Virus record (IMG/VR): IMGVR_UViG_3300050821_013430
Coordinates: 62,001-126,000 of that record
DNA length: 64,000 nucleotides
Strand: one strand, 5' to 3'
Part shown: piece by piece, positions 42,290 through 52,298 of the stretch
Layout of the letters: each line of letters starts with the position of its first letter
How positions within the stretch are numbered: the stretch's first letter is position 1
Notes under the pieces: model-generated
What the model was told of the DNA's origin: nothing
What the model saw: only the letters and a program-made list of their open reading frames with translations
The model's database searches: none
Program-made: the position numbers and the translations under genes

Positions 42290-42303
42290 GTACCGGCCAA
42301 ATG

Positions 42304-42337
42304 AAAACAAAAAGGACGGAGTTTTTAGCTCCGTCCT
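42304..42337 (-). terminator. Rho-independent terminator after the major capsid gene
   Basis: AGGACGGAG/CTCCGTCCT stem followed by a U-tract on the minus strand. Confidence 0.85.
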
Positions 42338-42381
42338 CTGAGTTTAGCTTACGCTAAATGCTTGAAATTACTGGGTTATTA

Positions 42382-43401
42382 CTACGCCCCGATAATTACG
42401 CTCTTATTGCCTTTTGCAGCCCCTCTGGGATTGACAATTGCCAAACCAATCTGCTCACTTACGACCCAGCCTAGTTTGAGCTGGCGGGGTTCGTCTGCAG
42501 GGAGAACTTCGATGTCTTGACGGATCGGCATAACCCCTAGAAATTCGGGATCGGCGACGCAATACACGGTTCCGGGGGGCACAATCTTGCTCACCAGGAT
42601 GTCAGCGCCCCAGATGTGAGCATACAGCCCAGTCTGAAGGATTTCGCGCATCGTGACGGGATCAACTTCCCCACCACCTACGCCCTGACCACCACCGCTA
42701 CCCCACTTGAGGATATCGGTAAACTCGTTGATGTTCATGAAGAACTTCGTGGTTACGAGGTCCCAGCGATCAACTTGAGCCTTTAGCTCAACGAGGTCGC
42801 GCTTGAGAAGACCCGCATCTGCGATGTCTTGCACTGTGTTTTCAACCGAAGCCGCTGCGTCAATGGCCGCAAAGACGTTAGCGTCTTCTTGTGCCATGAT
42901 TTCTTGACGAGCCTTCTGAACTGCACGGTCGATAACATTGAACCGACGACGCTTAACTTCCGAAATACGAACTGTGGGGTTGGCCACGATTTCGAACTCG
43001 GGAACCACAACGCGGTCACCGAAGACACGTGATTCTGGTGCGGTGCCGTTGCTGGAAACTACGACAGCAGCGACATCGATATCACGCTCATATGTCGGAT
43101 ATGCACCCTGACTAAGTGGATCAACCACGAGAGCCCGGCGAGCGATTCCATGATAGTCCAAGTTTCTGCGAATTGGATTCGCCATTGCTTGGGCTAGAGC
43201 AATTTTGCCTTCTTGGCTGCTGATGGCTCTGGCCATCAAATCATCACGATTTTGGTCAGAGAGGCTTGGTTGTCCCGCAAGACCTTGATTCGCCGGAACA
43301 TTCTCCTGAAGAATTGCAGCATATTTCGCCAAACATTGGATGGCGTCTTGGAGCGAGGTGGCATTCATTTGCCCCTGTCCGTTAAACATTTGATTACTCA
43401 T
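42382..43401 (-). CDS. Major capsid protein (HK97-fold)
   Basis: LAQAMANPIRRNLDYHGIARRALVVDPL, FEIVANP, EIMAQED, LKLGWVVSEQIGLAIVNP. Strong SD, own promoter and terminator. Confidence 0.85.
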   Translation of the reverse strand: MSNQMFNGQGQMNATSLQDAIQCLAKYAAILQENVPANQGLAGQPSLSDQNRDDLMARAISSQEGKIALAQAMANPIRRNLDYHGIARRALVVDPLSQGAYPTYERDIDVAAVVVSSNGTAPESRVFGDRVVVPEFEIVANPTVRISEVKRRRFNVIDRAVQKARQEIMAQEDANVFAAIDAAASVENTVQDIADAGLLKRDLVELKAQVDRWDLVTTKFFMNINEFTDILKWGSGGGQGVGGGEVDPVTMREILQTGLYAHIWGADILVSKIVPPGTVYCVADPEFLGVMPIRQDIEVLPADEPRQLKLGWVVSEQIGLAIVNPRGAAKGNKSVIIGA

Positions 43402-43470
43402 TAGATACTCCTGAAAATGGATTGATTTGCCAGTTTTACCAGCTTACAGCGCAGAGTGCGCCTACAGAAA

Positions 43471-43492
43471 ATATCTAATTATGCCTGATTTA
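43471..43492 (-). promoter_or_regulatory. Tandem late-promoter motifs upstream of the capsid gene
   Basis: Overlapping TAAATCAGGCAT and ATAATTAGATAT. Confidence 0.55.
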
Positions 43493-43500
43493 TTTTCCTC

Positions 43501-43528
43501 TTGACACGGGCGTATTACGATATATGTT
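43501..43528 (+). promoter_or_regulatory. Sigma70-like promoter for the HNH gene
   Basis: TTGACA-16nt-TATGTT. Confidence 0.45.
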
Positions 43529-43555
43529 AGAGGTCATCACTCGGAAGAAAACACT

Positions 43556-44716
43556 ATGAATAAACTTATTGATATGGTAGGACAAAAGTTCGGCAAATTG
43601 ACGGTAGTATCGAAAGCGTCGCCTATTCCCGAAGGGATAAAAACTATACGAATGAAACCAGCCTGGAATTGTCGCTGCGATTGCGGGGGCACTAAAACAG
43701 TCAAAGAATACCAACTAAAAAATGGCGGAGTAAAATCTTGCGGTTGTTTTAGAAAAGAAAGCGAAAGCGATTTACAAGTTGGTATCAAAAAGAATCGACT
43801 AACAATGCTTGAATATCTAATTGGTAAATGGAAATGCAAGTGTGATTGTGGTAATATTGTGGTTATCACGACGGATAAAATCAATAATGGAAACACTAAA
43901 TCGTGCGGTTGTCTCAATTCAGAAAGTGCCAGTGCAAGAGCATACAAACTTATAGAGGGCCGCAGACAATTTGAGCCCCGTATTACATCAGCACGGAGGG
44001 TATGGAAAAACGTCTATGCCTATAACGATGAACAATGTGTGTCATTTGAAGAGTTTTTGACGCTCTCTCAACAAAATTGTTATTATTGTGGGATCGTGCC
44101 ATCAAACCATCATAATCAATTTGCTACTAAAAGTGCCCGTGGCTCTCAAAAAGCCAAGGAAGAAGGTCTTTTCTCATACAACGGCCTCGATCGTATTGAT
44201 GCCAGCAAACACCATACTACTGATAATGTAGTGTCCTGCTGCTATCCCTGTAATCGCGCCAAAAATGACCGTACAGTAGAAGAATTTTTGGATTGGTCTA
44301 ATCATTTGCAACTCAAACCTTTCGAGCCACTCAAAATCAAAACCATCCCACTGCCTGACAATAGTTATTTGCAAACCTCTGTCAAATGTGTATTTCGGAA
44401 TCATAAAGACGATACTGATTTGACCTTAGAGGAATACTACTCAATTTCTCAAATGAATTGTTTCTATTGTGATTGTACGCCAAGCAATACTTTCAATTAT
44501 GCCAAGAGCGACAAAAAATCTTCTCAAAAAGCCAAGGACAATGCCATATACATTTACAATGGTATCGATCGCGTAGATCGTTCTTTTCCCCATAACAAAA
44601 ACAATGTAGTTTCGTCTTGTAAGTTTTGTAATTGGTCTAAGAGTGGTATGACTCTATCCGAATTTCATGATTGGATCAAACGCATCCAAGCCTTTCAACA
44701 CACCAAACATCAATAA
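43556..44716 (+). CDS. HNH homing endonuclease with duplicated domains
   Basis: Two WxCxCDCG..SCGC modules and two CxYC..NGxDR..NVVxxC..CN modules. Confidence 0.8.
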   Translation: MNKLIDMVGQKFGKLTVVSKASPIPEGIKTIRMKPAWNCRCDCGGTKTVKEYQLKNGGVKSCGCFRKESESDLQVGIKKNRLTMLEYLIGKWKCKCDCGNIVVITTDKINNGNTKSCGCLNSESASARAYKLIEGRRQFEPRITSARRVWKNVYAYNDEQCVSFEEFLTLSQQNCYYCGIVPSNHHNQFATKSARGSQKAKEEGLFSYNGLDRIDASKHHTTDNVVSCCYPCNRAKNDRTVEEFLDWSNHLQLKPFEPLKIKTIPLPDNSYLQTSVKCVFRNHKDDTDLTLEEYYSISQMNCFYCDCTPSNTFNYAKSDKKSSQKAKDNAIYIYNGIDRVDRSFPHNKNNVVSSCKFCNWSKSGMTLSEFHDWIKRIQAFQHTKHQ

Positions 44717-45555
44717 ATGATGTAGAGATAGCCGGAACCGCCATTGCCACCATTTCCGCCATTATAGCCACCAGCAGTTGTGGTGTCGCCTCCGCCACCT
44801 CCACCTGCCCCAGTATTGGCAGCAGCATTGGAACCATTTCCGCCTGTTCCGGAATTGGAACTTCCACCATTTCCCCCATTACCTTGCGGCCCTGCACCGC
44901 CTCCTCCCCCATTTTCACTTCCAGAGGTACCACCCGCATATGTATTGATCCAGTTGGAAAAACCGGATGCAGAACTATTACCACCGCTTCCGGCAGTTAG
45001 AATGCTAACGCCGGTATTATTGACATAATTGGTTGCGCCTGGAAAACTAGGGGCCCCAATCGAATAAGTACTGGTACCGCCCACGCTTATTGTGCCTCCG
45101 CCACCTATTGCTGAAAACAAAACTGTCGCACCATTAGCGAATGTAGTTGAACCACCATTTCCTGAACTAGAAGGAGTTGTTCCATAGGCGGTTCCAGAAC
45201 TACTGCTACCACCTGCGCCAATCGTAACTGTATAAGAAGTGCTTGCTGTTACTGATACATATCCAGATTGTTGCCAAGCTCCGGCGCCACCACCCCCACC
45301 GACTCCATATGTTCCACCTCCCCCACCACCGCCACCGCCAGCCGCAAGTATCAAAATATTGCTCACGCCAGTCGGACAAGTCCAAGAGCCACTCGAAGTA
45401 AAATAAGCCTGGCTCAATGTACTACGCGGAAGAGGGGCGGGCTTCCAATACCCATCCGTCGCATCGTAAGTCAAAACATACCCATCCGTTGGTGTTACTG
45501 AATTTACTGATATGCCTTGAATTGCAACTACTGTTCCATTGATATCAGAAGTCAT
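44710..45555 (-). CDS. Glycine-rich virion/fibre protein
   Basis: AIQG..DGYVLTY module, then FTSSGSWTCPTGV..GGGGGGGG..GGSGYLYI. Confidence 0.75.
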   Translation of the reverse strand: MTSDINGTVVAIQGISVNSVTPTDGYVLTYDATDGYWKPAPLPRSTLSQAYFTSSGSWTCPTGVSNILILAAGGGGGGGGGTYGVGGGGGAGAWQQSGYVSVTASTSYTVTIGAGGSSSSGTAYGTTPSSSGNGGSTTFANGATVLFSAIGGGGTISVGGTSTYSIGAPSFPGATNYVNNTGVSILTAGSGGNSSASGFSNWINTYAGGTSGSENGGGGGAGPQGNGGNGGSSNSGTGGNGSNAAANTGAGGGGGGDTTTAGGYNGGNGGNGGSGYLYIIY

Positions 45556-45596
45556 ATTAGTCTCCTTTTACTGGTATATCAAATTATTAGTAATTA

Positions 45597-45630
45597 GAAA
45601 AACAAAAAGAGCCGAGAATTTCTTCTCGGC
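45597..45630 (-). terminator. Rho-independent terminator
   Basis: GCCGAGAA/TTCTCGGC stem with U-tract, downstream of 45660..46409. Confidence 0.8.
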
Positions 45631-45659
45631 CCCTTGAGCATTTTGATTACCTACTAAAC

Positions 45660-46409
45660 TTATGCGAGTAGGCTTGACTCTGGCATAAAGCTGAATACCG
45701 CAAACTGTACTTTCTGTGTAAGCGATACCTGAGGATTGGCTGAAGGCGAGTTGAGCGCTGCCACCAAGCGATTAGGTGTGGTAACAAGAGCACGATTGGT
45801 CTCGAATTCAACGAAACGAGCGAGCACTGTTGCAAGCGAGCCGTTCCAACCAACAGTAGTTGCTGTATGTAACGGTGTCAAGAAACCTGGGTTAGCACTT
45901 CCCTTCGCCTCTACGAATAATGGAGCGCCTGTGGTGAGCGTTGCATTGGTGGGTTGCAGGCCAGTCGCAGCTGTCGGATCGCAAGCATCCAAAGAAACCT
46001 TATACAGACCGGGCTTGTCCCAGCAAGTAATGCGGCTTGAGCCTGTTTGGGTCGGTGGGCCTAGAACGGTACCTGAACCGATTTGTGTTTGACCAACGGT
46101 TCCACCAACGACGGTACCGAAAAGGGTGCCGTAGCCAGTTGAAACTGTGCCAGCATATGATGCTGTGCCATCGTCAGCTAGCATATAGGGCCCAGCTTGG
46201 GCAACTGCTAGCTGTGATTTGGTTACCGCTGGAATCGTTGTTCCACCATAGAGATAACCGTCTGCTGAATCCGCAGGGCCAGGGTTGCTGGCTGAGGGAA
46301 CTGCAATGAATGTACAAACTTCGCCACCGAGGAAGCTAAGAGTGTCGAGAAAGTAACCGTCGAATTGACCTAGCGGTTCGCGACCGCCTTGTACTGGTTG
46401 GAGAGCCAT
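45660..46409 (-). CDS. Putative capsid decoration/cement protein
   Basis: Near the capsid gene with its own terminator. TQTGSSRITCW matches STQGSGRMTVW of 52656..53348. Confidence 0.55.
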   Translation of the reverse strand: MALQPVQGGREPLGQFDGYFLDTLSFLGGEVCTFIAVPSASNPGPADSADGYLYGGTTIPAVTKSQLAVAQAGPYMLADDGTASYAGTVSTGYGTLFGTVVGGTVGQTQIGSGTVLGPPTQTGSSRITCWDKPGLYKVSLDACDPTAATGLQPTNATLTTGAPLFVEAKGSANPGFLTPLHTATTVGWNGSLATVLARFVEFETNRALVTTPNRLVAALNSPSANPQVSLTQKVQFAVFSFMPESSLLA

Positions 46410-46486
46410 AGTTTTTTCCTTGTTGAGAAAGTCTTACACCTTGAAAGTCTAATTTGATGTCTTGATATTCCCATATTGGGAAGAAA

Positions 46487-47764
46487 TTATTTGGCGCCCT
46501 GGAAATTGGCCATTTCCTCTTGTAATCCTGCCATTTCCCCCTCAAAATCAGGCTCTTGCGGCATCTGATAAATGGTTGGATTAGTAGCAGCGGAAGGGGC
46601 GGTAGCAACCGAATGAATTTCCTGCATTACTGAATTGATGCCGCTAGACGCTGTTTTGGTGGTAGTTTCGAGGGCTTTCATCGCTCCAATGGCCTTATGC
46701 ACATTGTCGCCGAAAATGCCGGTAATCGGCGTCTTCAATTTCGCCCACCAATCCGATTCCTGGGAGGCATAACGGCCCTGTTCGGCTGCATTGATGAAAA
46801 CATCGGCCAGATGGTTCAATTGAGTAATTTCGTCCAAATAAGCGGTAGCAACCGACTCTGCCTGATGTTTAGCGGAAGGATCGTTGGTTTGCATATGCAT
46901 TTGATCGACCGTTTGAGCGTAAAGATTGGCGGTTTGTCCGATATGTTTGAGGGAAGTAGCCAAACTATGCAGCAAGGGGTCATTAGCGTGCTCTTGCATC
47001 AATGCAACGGTGGCGTCTAGGGCCTCTTGAGCATTGATAGCGACATTTTTGGCTTGGGGAGCGGTCTTGAAGATGGCAGAAAGCACCCCACCGGCTGCGC
47101 CAGCGATACGAGCCCCTAACCAAGCGCCTGGGAGGATGTCCTGAGGGCCTGTAAAGGCTCCGATGATACCGCCCGTCACCCCACCCAAAACTGCGGCAGT
47201 GCCCGCCCCAGAGCCCACATCTTCGACTTCTTCTAGCCCGCCTTGAAAGAGATTTGTGACATCATCCAAGCCAAAAGCCTTAGCATAGAGTTGTTCAATG
47301 CAAACATCGGCCAAAACCCTTAGCTCAGCCATAGATTGATTTTCCAGATGATTGGCGGTTCTAACCAGGGACTGCATTAGCTCGGATTGGGCGTACCGAT
47401 GATGAGTATAATTGCCATCGGGAGTCTTATGAACGATATGCAGCATAATATTCTGGCGTTCGTTGTTGTTTTCCACCAAAGCATTGAGACGATCGTAGGC
47501 GGGGGCGAGAACGCAGGCGTTAGGGTGAGCGTCCTCGATGATATTACGCTCGTACTTCATTGATTCGGGAAGATCGGGCTTGACGCCATAAAGAGCGGAG
47601 ATAGTATCCGCATCTTGCCAACTCCAACGAGGATTTTTCTCCAAGAGTTTCTTGGAATCATCAGGATTAGGCTCTTTTTTAGCGGCAGTAGCCACCAAAC
47701 CCTCTTTTTGGGCCAGTTTGAGAAAGTTCTCAAAGACCTCAGTGTCGATATTTTGTCGTGGCAT
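46487..47764 (-). CDS. Putative internal head/ejection protein with glycine-zipper hydrophobic helices
   Basis: FLKLAQ, AHP..ERQ module, AAVLGGVTGGIIGAF. Confidence 0.5.
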   Translation of the reverse strand: MPRQNIDTEVFENFLKLAQKEGLVATAAKKEPNPDDSKKLLEKNPRWSWQDADTISALYGVKPDLPESMKYERNIIEDAHPNACVLAPAYDRLNALVENNNERQNIMLHIVHKTPDGNYTHHRYAQSELMQSLVRTANHLENQSMAELRVLADVCIEQLYAKAFGLDDVTNLFQGGLEEVEDVGSGAGTAAVLGGVTGGIIGAFTGPQDILPGAWLGARIAGAAGGVLSAIFKTAPQAKNVAINAQEALDATVALMQEHANDPLLHSLATSLKHIGQTANLYAQTVDQMHMQTNDPSAKHQAESVATAYLDEITQLNHLADVFINAAEQGRYASQESDWWAKLKTPITGIFGDNVHKAIGAMKALETTTKTASSGINSVMQEIHSVATAPSAATNPTIYQMPQEPDFEGEMAGLQEEMANFQGAK

Positions 47765-47784
47765 GCTGATATACCTTTTTATGG

Positions 47785-48795
47785 CTATTTGTACTGGACA
47801 TTGGTGGTTGGAGGGCCTTTTGCTGGGGCTTTTTCGGCTAATTCATCCATAAAACTATCCACTATCTGTTTTCTAGAGGTAAATTCCTTAGGAATGAAGG
47901 TATAATTACCGGAATTGGTCTTATTATAGTCCTGAATGGCATCTACCGCCTTTTGGAAACCAGAAGTTGAGCGAATTTGAGAGTCTAAACCTTTGGTATC
48001 GGGATAAATCGCTTGTACCCAGTCAGCGATGGTGTTGCCAATTTCCTCAGGAGGAACCGTTTCGATCCAATAACCAGTAATATTGAGTTTTTCAGGATGA
48101 TAGTCGGGGGCGGGCTTGAAGGTAGTTTGAGTAGAAGAAACAGGAACATACTCAGAAGATGGGGAAGGGGCTAGAGGGTTGGCGGAAAGAGGAGAAGGTT
48201 TGCCCATTAGTTTAGCACCGGCATCACCTAAAACCATCAGACCGGCAGCAGAAAGAGCGGCCTTAAAAATCCAAGCGATAACTCGCCAGAGGATAGAGCC
48301 TGTCTTTCCACGAAGCAAATCGAAGAAAGAAGCACGAGAGATTTTGGTTTTAGGAGAGTGTAGCAAATCGATCCAAGTCAATTTCAATAACTGTACTTCT
48401 CGAAGAGAAACAGATGCGGCAACAGAACCACCTAAAACCGCACCCTTCGCGGCTTGATCTATATGTTCAGGAGTAATAGTACCGTCATGAAGGGGGCCGG
48501 TGATAGCGTCAATAATGGAAGAGAAAATGCCAGTCAAACTGAATCCAAAAATTTGCTCTGCCGCTTCCAATAAAATTGACATCCACTTGAATCCCATCGC
48601 ATACATAATGCCTGGCACTAATAGATTCAATACTGAGGCTACCTTATTTTTTGGATCAATATGAGCCGAAATATAGTCTGAAATCCAACTACCGATAGAA
48701 CTGGTTAGCCCAGAAGCAGTCTTGACTTTCGAATCTCTAACCAATTCTTCTACCAAAAGAGTATCTTGCAAAAACTGATGACGAGCGTTATTCAT
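47785..48795 (-). CDS. Putative ejection protein with hydrophobic helices
   Basis: KVKTAS, several TM-like segments. Confidence 0.45.
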   Translation of the reverse strand: MNNARHQFLQDTLLVEELVRDSKVKTASGLTSSIGSWISDYISAHIDPKNKVASVLNLLVPGIMYAMGFKWMSILLEAAEQIFGFSLTGIFSSIIDAITGPLHDGTITPEHIDQAAKGAVLGGSVAASVSLREVQLLKLTWIDLLHSPKTKISRASFFDLLRGKTGSILWRVIAWIFKAALSAAGLMVLGDAGAKLMGKPSPLSANPLAPSPSSEYVPVSSTQTTFKPAPDYHPEKLNITGYWIETVPPEEIGNTIADWVQAIYPDTKGLDSQIRSTSGFQKAVDAIQDYNKTNSGNYTFIPKEFTSRKQIVDSFMDELAEKAPAKGPPTTNVQYK

Positions 48796-49985
48796 TAGTG
48801 CGCCCCTCGATCTACTAGTCTCTTGATTTCTTGCAGCGATTCAATATTGCCTTGTAGGATGGAATATCCTTGCCCGATTTGCTTATTCAGATCTTCCTGC
48901 ATATCCTTTGCCATCCCCTGCATCGCAAGCGCAACATTATTCAGCATAGCGCTAATAGGATACATCACTTCTAACACTCCGCCAATAAATTTGGAAGCAG
49001 CATAATTAGAATTGGCAACATAACCGCCCATCGATCTCCGAACGGTAGCGGGAAGCCCGGCCGCGGTGGTATCAGGACTGGATAGCATAATTTGTTTCAC
49101 TTTGTAGGTATTGACCAATTGATTGATGGGAGCAAGCACCTGATTCTCAATTTCATTGGTATCAAGGGGAAGTTTGAGTTCCCGAACATAAGACATCCAA
49201 TTTTCTGCCCAACTGGCGATCCTGCCCAAATCAACCCAATTACGATTCAACGGAAATTGATTGAGTTGTTGTATTACTCCCTGCAATTTTGCTTCTTGTT
49301 GCTGTTGTTGGGCGCCTGATTGTTGATAAGAAACTGGAACGGCTTTGGATGAATCGAAGGGGGCACCGGGAGCACCAGGGGCGCCGGTGGGCACTTCGTC
49401 GGGTTTCTTTTCTAACCCCTTCATTTCTTGTTGATGTTGTTCTTCGGTAGTTGGATACTTGACTTCGGAAGCGCCAGGCGGGGGCACGACAAAATTCAGT
49501 TTGCTTTCAATTTCTTGACCGATAGCGGTAAGTCTGGCCTGTCCAAACTTATTGTCTTCCATCTTAGAACCAAGATCGTGAATGTAAGCGATTAGTCCTG
49601 CCGGATCAATGTAGTATTGGGGTTGGCCAGTTTTTGGATATGGGAGGTACTCCGCCTTTACTCGATCGGAAGGCAGCTCTTCCAATCCTTGTCCTGCCCC
49701 ACCCGGATAGACAATTCTGGCACCATTGAATTTGACTTCCTTAGTTTGGAGGAAACTCAATAGAGAGTCTAGACTAGCCAAATCCTTGATGAAAACTTCG
49801 GCATCGGGGCGGTCTGAATAAATGCTGGACTCTGGCAATGCATTGAGCAGTTTGCGAGCAATACCTTGCAACATTTGTTCCCCAGCGGCCAAATTAGGAC
49901 TCTGAGCAAGTCTAACTAACTTCTCTAATTCTTGATCGAATAGAGACTTTACCAGAACTTGTGTTTCTTCATCATTGAAAAGCAT
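48795..49985 (-). CDS. Putative internal virion protein
   Basis: VRLAQ motif, helical, operon context. Confidence 0.45.
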   Translation of the reverse strand: MLFNDEETQVLVKSLFDQELEKLVRLAQSPNLAAGEQMLQGIARKLLNALPESSIYSDRPDAEVFIKDLASLDSLLSFLQTKEVKFNGARIVYPGGAGQGLEELPSDRVKAEYLPYPKTGQPQYYIDPAGLIAYIHDLGSKMEDNKFGQARLTAIGQEIESKLNFVVPPPGASEVKYPTTEEQHQQEMKGLEKKPDEVPTGAPGAPGAPFDSSKAVPVSYQQSGAQQQQQEAKLQGVIQQLNQFPLNRNWVDLGRIASWAENWMSYVRELKLPLDTNEIENQVLAPINQLVNTYKVKQIMLSSPDTTAAGLPATVRRSMGGYVANSNYAASKFIGGVLEVMYPISAMLNNVALAMQGMAKDMQEDLNKQIGQGYSILQGNIESLQEIKRLVDRGAH

Positions 49986-49987
49986 AA

Positions 49988-51079
49988 TTAGTATCCTGGA
50001 CCAGGAGCAGCGGTAGAAGGAGAAAAACGCTTCTTATAGGCGTCTAGTATTTGATGGGCTTGTTGAGAGCCTGGATCAATGTTGGTTCTTTGTAGATATG
50101 CCTTGAAACCCTCAGGGGTGGCAATATCCTTGAACATTAGCGGCTCTAAACCAGGAATCACGGTGTTCATATTCTTCTGCAAAATTTCTTGCTCTTCTTT
50201 GGTCAAACCGGACTCAGTAGTTTCATACTTACCAAATGATTTAGTTTGATCAATATAGCCACGGTATTCTTTGTTTTCCAATACTAATTGCTTGAATTGT
50301 TGCGCTAACTCAGTAAAAAACTTGATGTCCTTTGTCAATGCAGCGGATAATTCTGCTTCTTTGCCAACCGCATATCTTTTCTGTCCTTGATTGGCGGAGT
50401 GCGGAGCCATCAATGCTTCTTGTATAGTGTTGGTAAAATTCTCAAACTCCTTTTCAACATTGACATTGGCTTTGACTTTTAGGTCTCCCATAAAATAAAC
50501 CATTGAACGACACACCTCATAAATGGATAGAAGTGCGTTCTGAGTTCGCCACCCCCAAATACCATCTGGTCTAGCTTCGGTACGAGGAGCGCCCGGAGCG
50601 GACGGAGTACCCACCATCGCAATAGTATTGACTACACCACGAAACAAATTTTGTGGTGTGGCAGTTTGCTCTCGTTGCGGCATTTTCATATCAGTCGGAG
50701 TGACGACTTGCTTGCCTGGCTGCGCAACATTCTGCATATAGTGCTGCACTAGGAACGCTCCAAATGGATCGGTACCACCCAAATATTGGCCACTAGTGCT
50801 TTCTTGAGGGCCAGTTTGTTTGCCGAGAGGAGAAGCAGCCAGTGCCTTGGAAAAATTGAGAATGGCTTGCTGCATTTGTTTGACTGCGGCCATACTATTG
50901 GCAACATCGCCAACGCCTGACGGAGCGGGTTTAGGAGCAGTAATAACCGTTTGTGGTACGGCGAGCGTGCCAGGGCTTGCGGCGGGAGGCATAAACGGAG
51001 CTGGTGCCGAACCTGCTCTAGGAGCTTCGGGAGCAGGCGCCGCTGGTGCTGGTTGCATAAAAGGAGCCGGAGATGACAT
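49988..51079 (-). CDS. Putative internal virion protein with peptidoglycan-binding-like motif
   Basis: DGIWGWRTQNAL, Pro/Ala-rich N-terminus. Confidence 0.45.
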   Translation of the reverse strand: MSSPAPFMQPAPAAPAPEAPRAGSAPAPFMPPAASPGTLAVPQTVITAPKPAPSGVGDVANSMAAVKQMQQAILNFSKALAASPLGKQTGPQESTSGQYLGGTDPFGAFLVQHYMQNVAQPGKQVVTPTDMKMPQREQTATPQNLFRGVVNTIAMVGTPSAPGAPRTEARPDGIWGWRTQNALLSIYEVCRSMVYFMGDLKVKANVNVEKEFENFTNTIQEALMAPHSANQGQKRYAVGKEAELSAALTKDIKFFTELAQQFKQLVLENKEYRGYIDQTKSFGKYETTESGLTKEEQEILQKNMNTVIPGLEPLMFKDIATPEGFKAYLQRTNIDPGSQQAHQILDAYKKRFSPSTAAPGPGY

Positions 51080-52240
51080 TTACTTCCCTTGGCTCATTAC
51101 ATATTGATGAGCGTCATTGATGTTTTTTTTCAGGTCATCCAATTTCTTTGCGTCTCCAGCAGTTGGCGTGGTACGAATGCTTTGATCTAGATCGGAAAGT
51201 TCTTTATCCTCTCCTGCAGCCCAATCCGCAGTTGCTTTATCGGAACGCTTTGTTTTGATTTCATTGAGCTGACTGCGTAGAGTAGCAATATCACCAATCA
51301 TACTTTTTTGTGTCGGGCCAGCTTTTGGTATGTCTTTATAAATTGGAAGAGCGCCTTGTATCAATTGGGCTGCTTGTTGTAGAGCGCGCTTGGAAGTAGA
51401 AAGTACCGTACTAAGTTGGCCACCAATTTCGGGTTCCAATACAACAGTTTTTCTACCACCCTTTTGCAAACTAGGGCCAACAGCTACCGCTACCATATCT
51501 ATATAATCTTGAACAACCCGAACAATTTCTCCAATAAAAGTGGCTTGTGGTGAGCCATCAAATTTGGTGCGGAAACTGGATATTTCAGAATTGAAATTGT
51601 TAGCATCATCTGAGAATGTATTAACATAATGCTCTACAAATGGAACAGGCAGCGCTCGCCAGGCTCCGCGTTGAGGCAGTTGGGTAGAATTTACGGCCAT
51701 CGTAGTAGCGGCGTTGATATTATCTACGGCCGCATCGACCATTGCTTTTGCGTCATTTTCAGGTGTATCGGCAGTCTTGATTCTCATCAATGCCGCAGCA
51801 ATTTTGGCATCCAATTTACCCGTTGGTTCCTTCTCTACTACTTGTCTGATTTTCTTCTGGCGCTCTACGATGGTTTCAATTTCACCCAGTTCGTTCCAAC
51901 TCTTGTCCAGTTTTTTACCACCATCGGGATGAGCAAAATCGATAATGTCTTCGCCCTCTTCATCATGTACATGATAGAGATGCACTTCGGCTGTTTTCAT
52001 CAGCAAGAAATTTTGCTCAATCTCTTGGGCAGCAGATTCCAGGCCAGCCCCGCGAAGCCCTGAGCATAATTTGAGCAGGTTCTCCGAGAGAGATTCACCC
52101 GGCGCTAAATCAGCCTTTTTAAAGACAGAGGCTTGTTTGGTGAGAGGGGCGGGTTGAGAAACCCAGCCTTTTTGATATGCCAACCGATCGAAGGCGTCCA
52201 TCGTAATTAGAGTGTCGCGTTTGGGCAATTTGAAAGTCAT
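51080..52240 (-). CDS. Putative internal head protein
   Basis: KQAS, KKAD, KTAE, KTAD motifs and AHP..ERQ module. Confidence 0.5.
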   Translation of the reverse strand: MTFKLPKRDTLITMDAFDRLAYQKGWVSQPAPLTKQASVFKKADLAPGESLSENLLKLCSGLRGAGLESAAQEIEQNFLLMKTAEVHLYHVHDEEGEDIIDFAHPDGGKKLDKSWNELGEIETIVERQKKIRQVVEKEPTGKLDAKIAAALMRIKTADTPENDAKAMVDAAVDNINAATTMAVNSTQLPQRGAWRALPVPFVEHYVNTFSDDANNFNSEISSFRTKFDGSPQATFIGEIVRVVQDYIDMVAVAVGPSLQKGGRKTVVLEPEIGGQLSTVLSTSKRALQQAAQLIQGALPIYKDIPKAGPTQKSMIGDIATLRSQLNEIKTKRSDKATADWAAGEDKELSDLDQSIRTTPTAGDAKKLDDLKKNINDAHQYVMSQGK

Positions 52241-52298
52241 TAGGGCTACCTTTGGTAGATAGAGGTCGATCTAATGCGGAAATATCGATAGTTAGGAA

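Noticed and set aside
7481-42310. Longest-ORF starts in the track (8140, 10237, 10649, 13186, 14940, 21758, 42310)
   Set aside because: They overlap neighbouring genes or terminators. Downstream ATGs have better SD, promoter or domain support.
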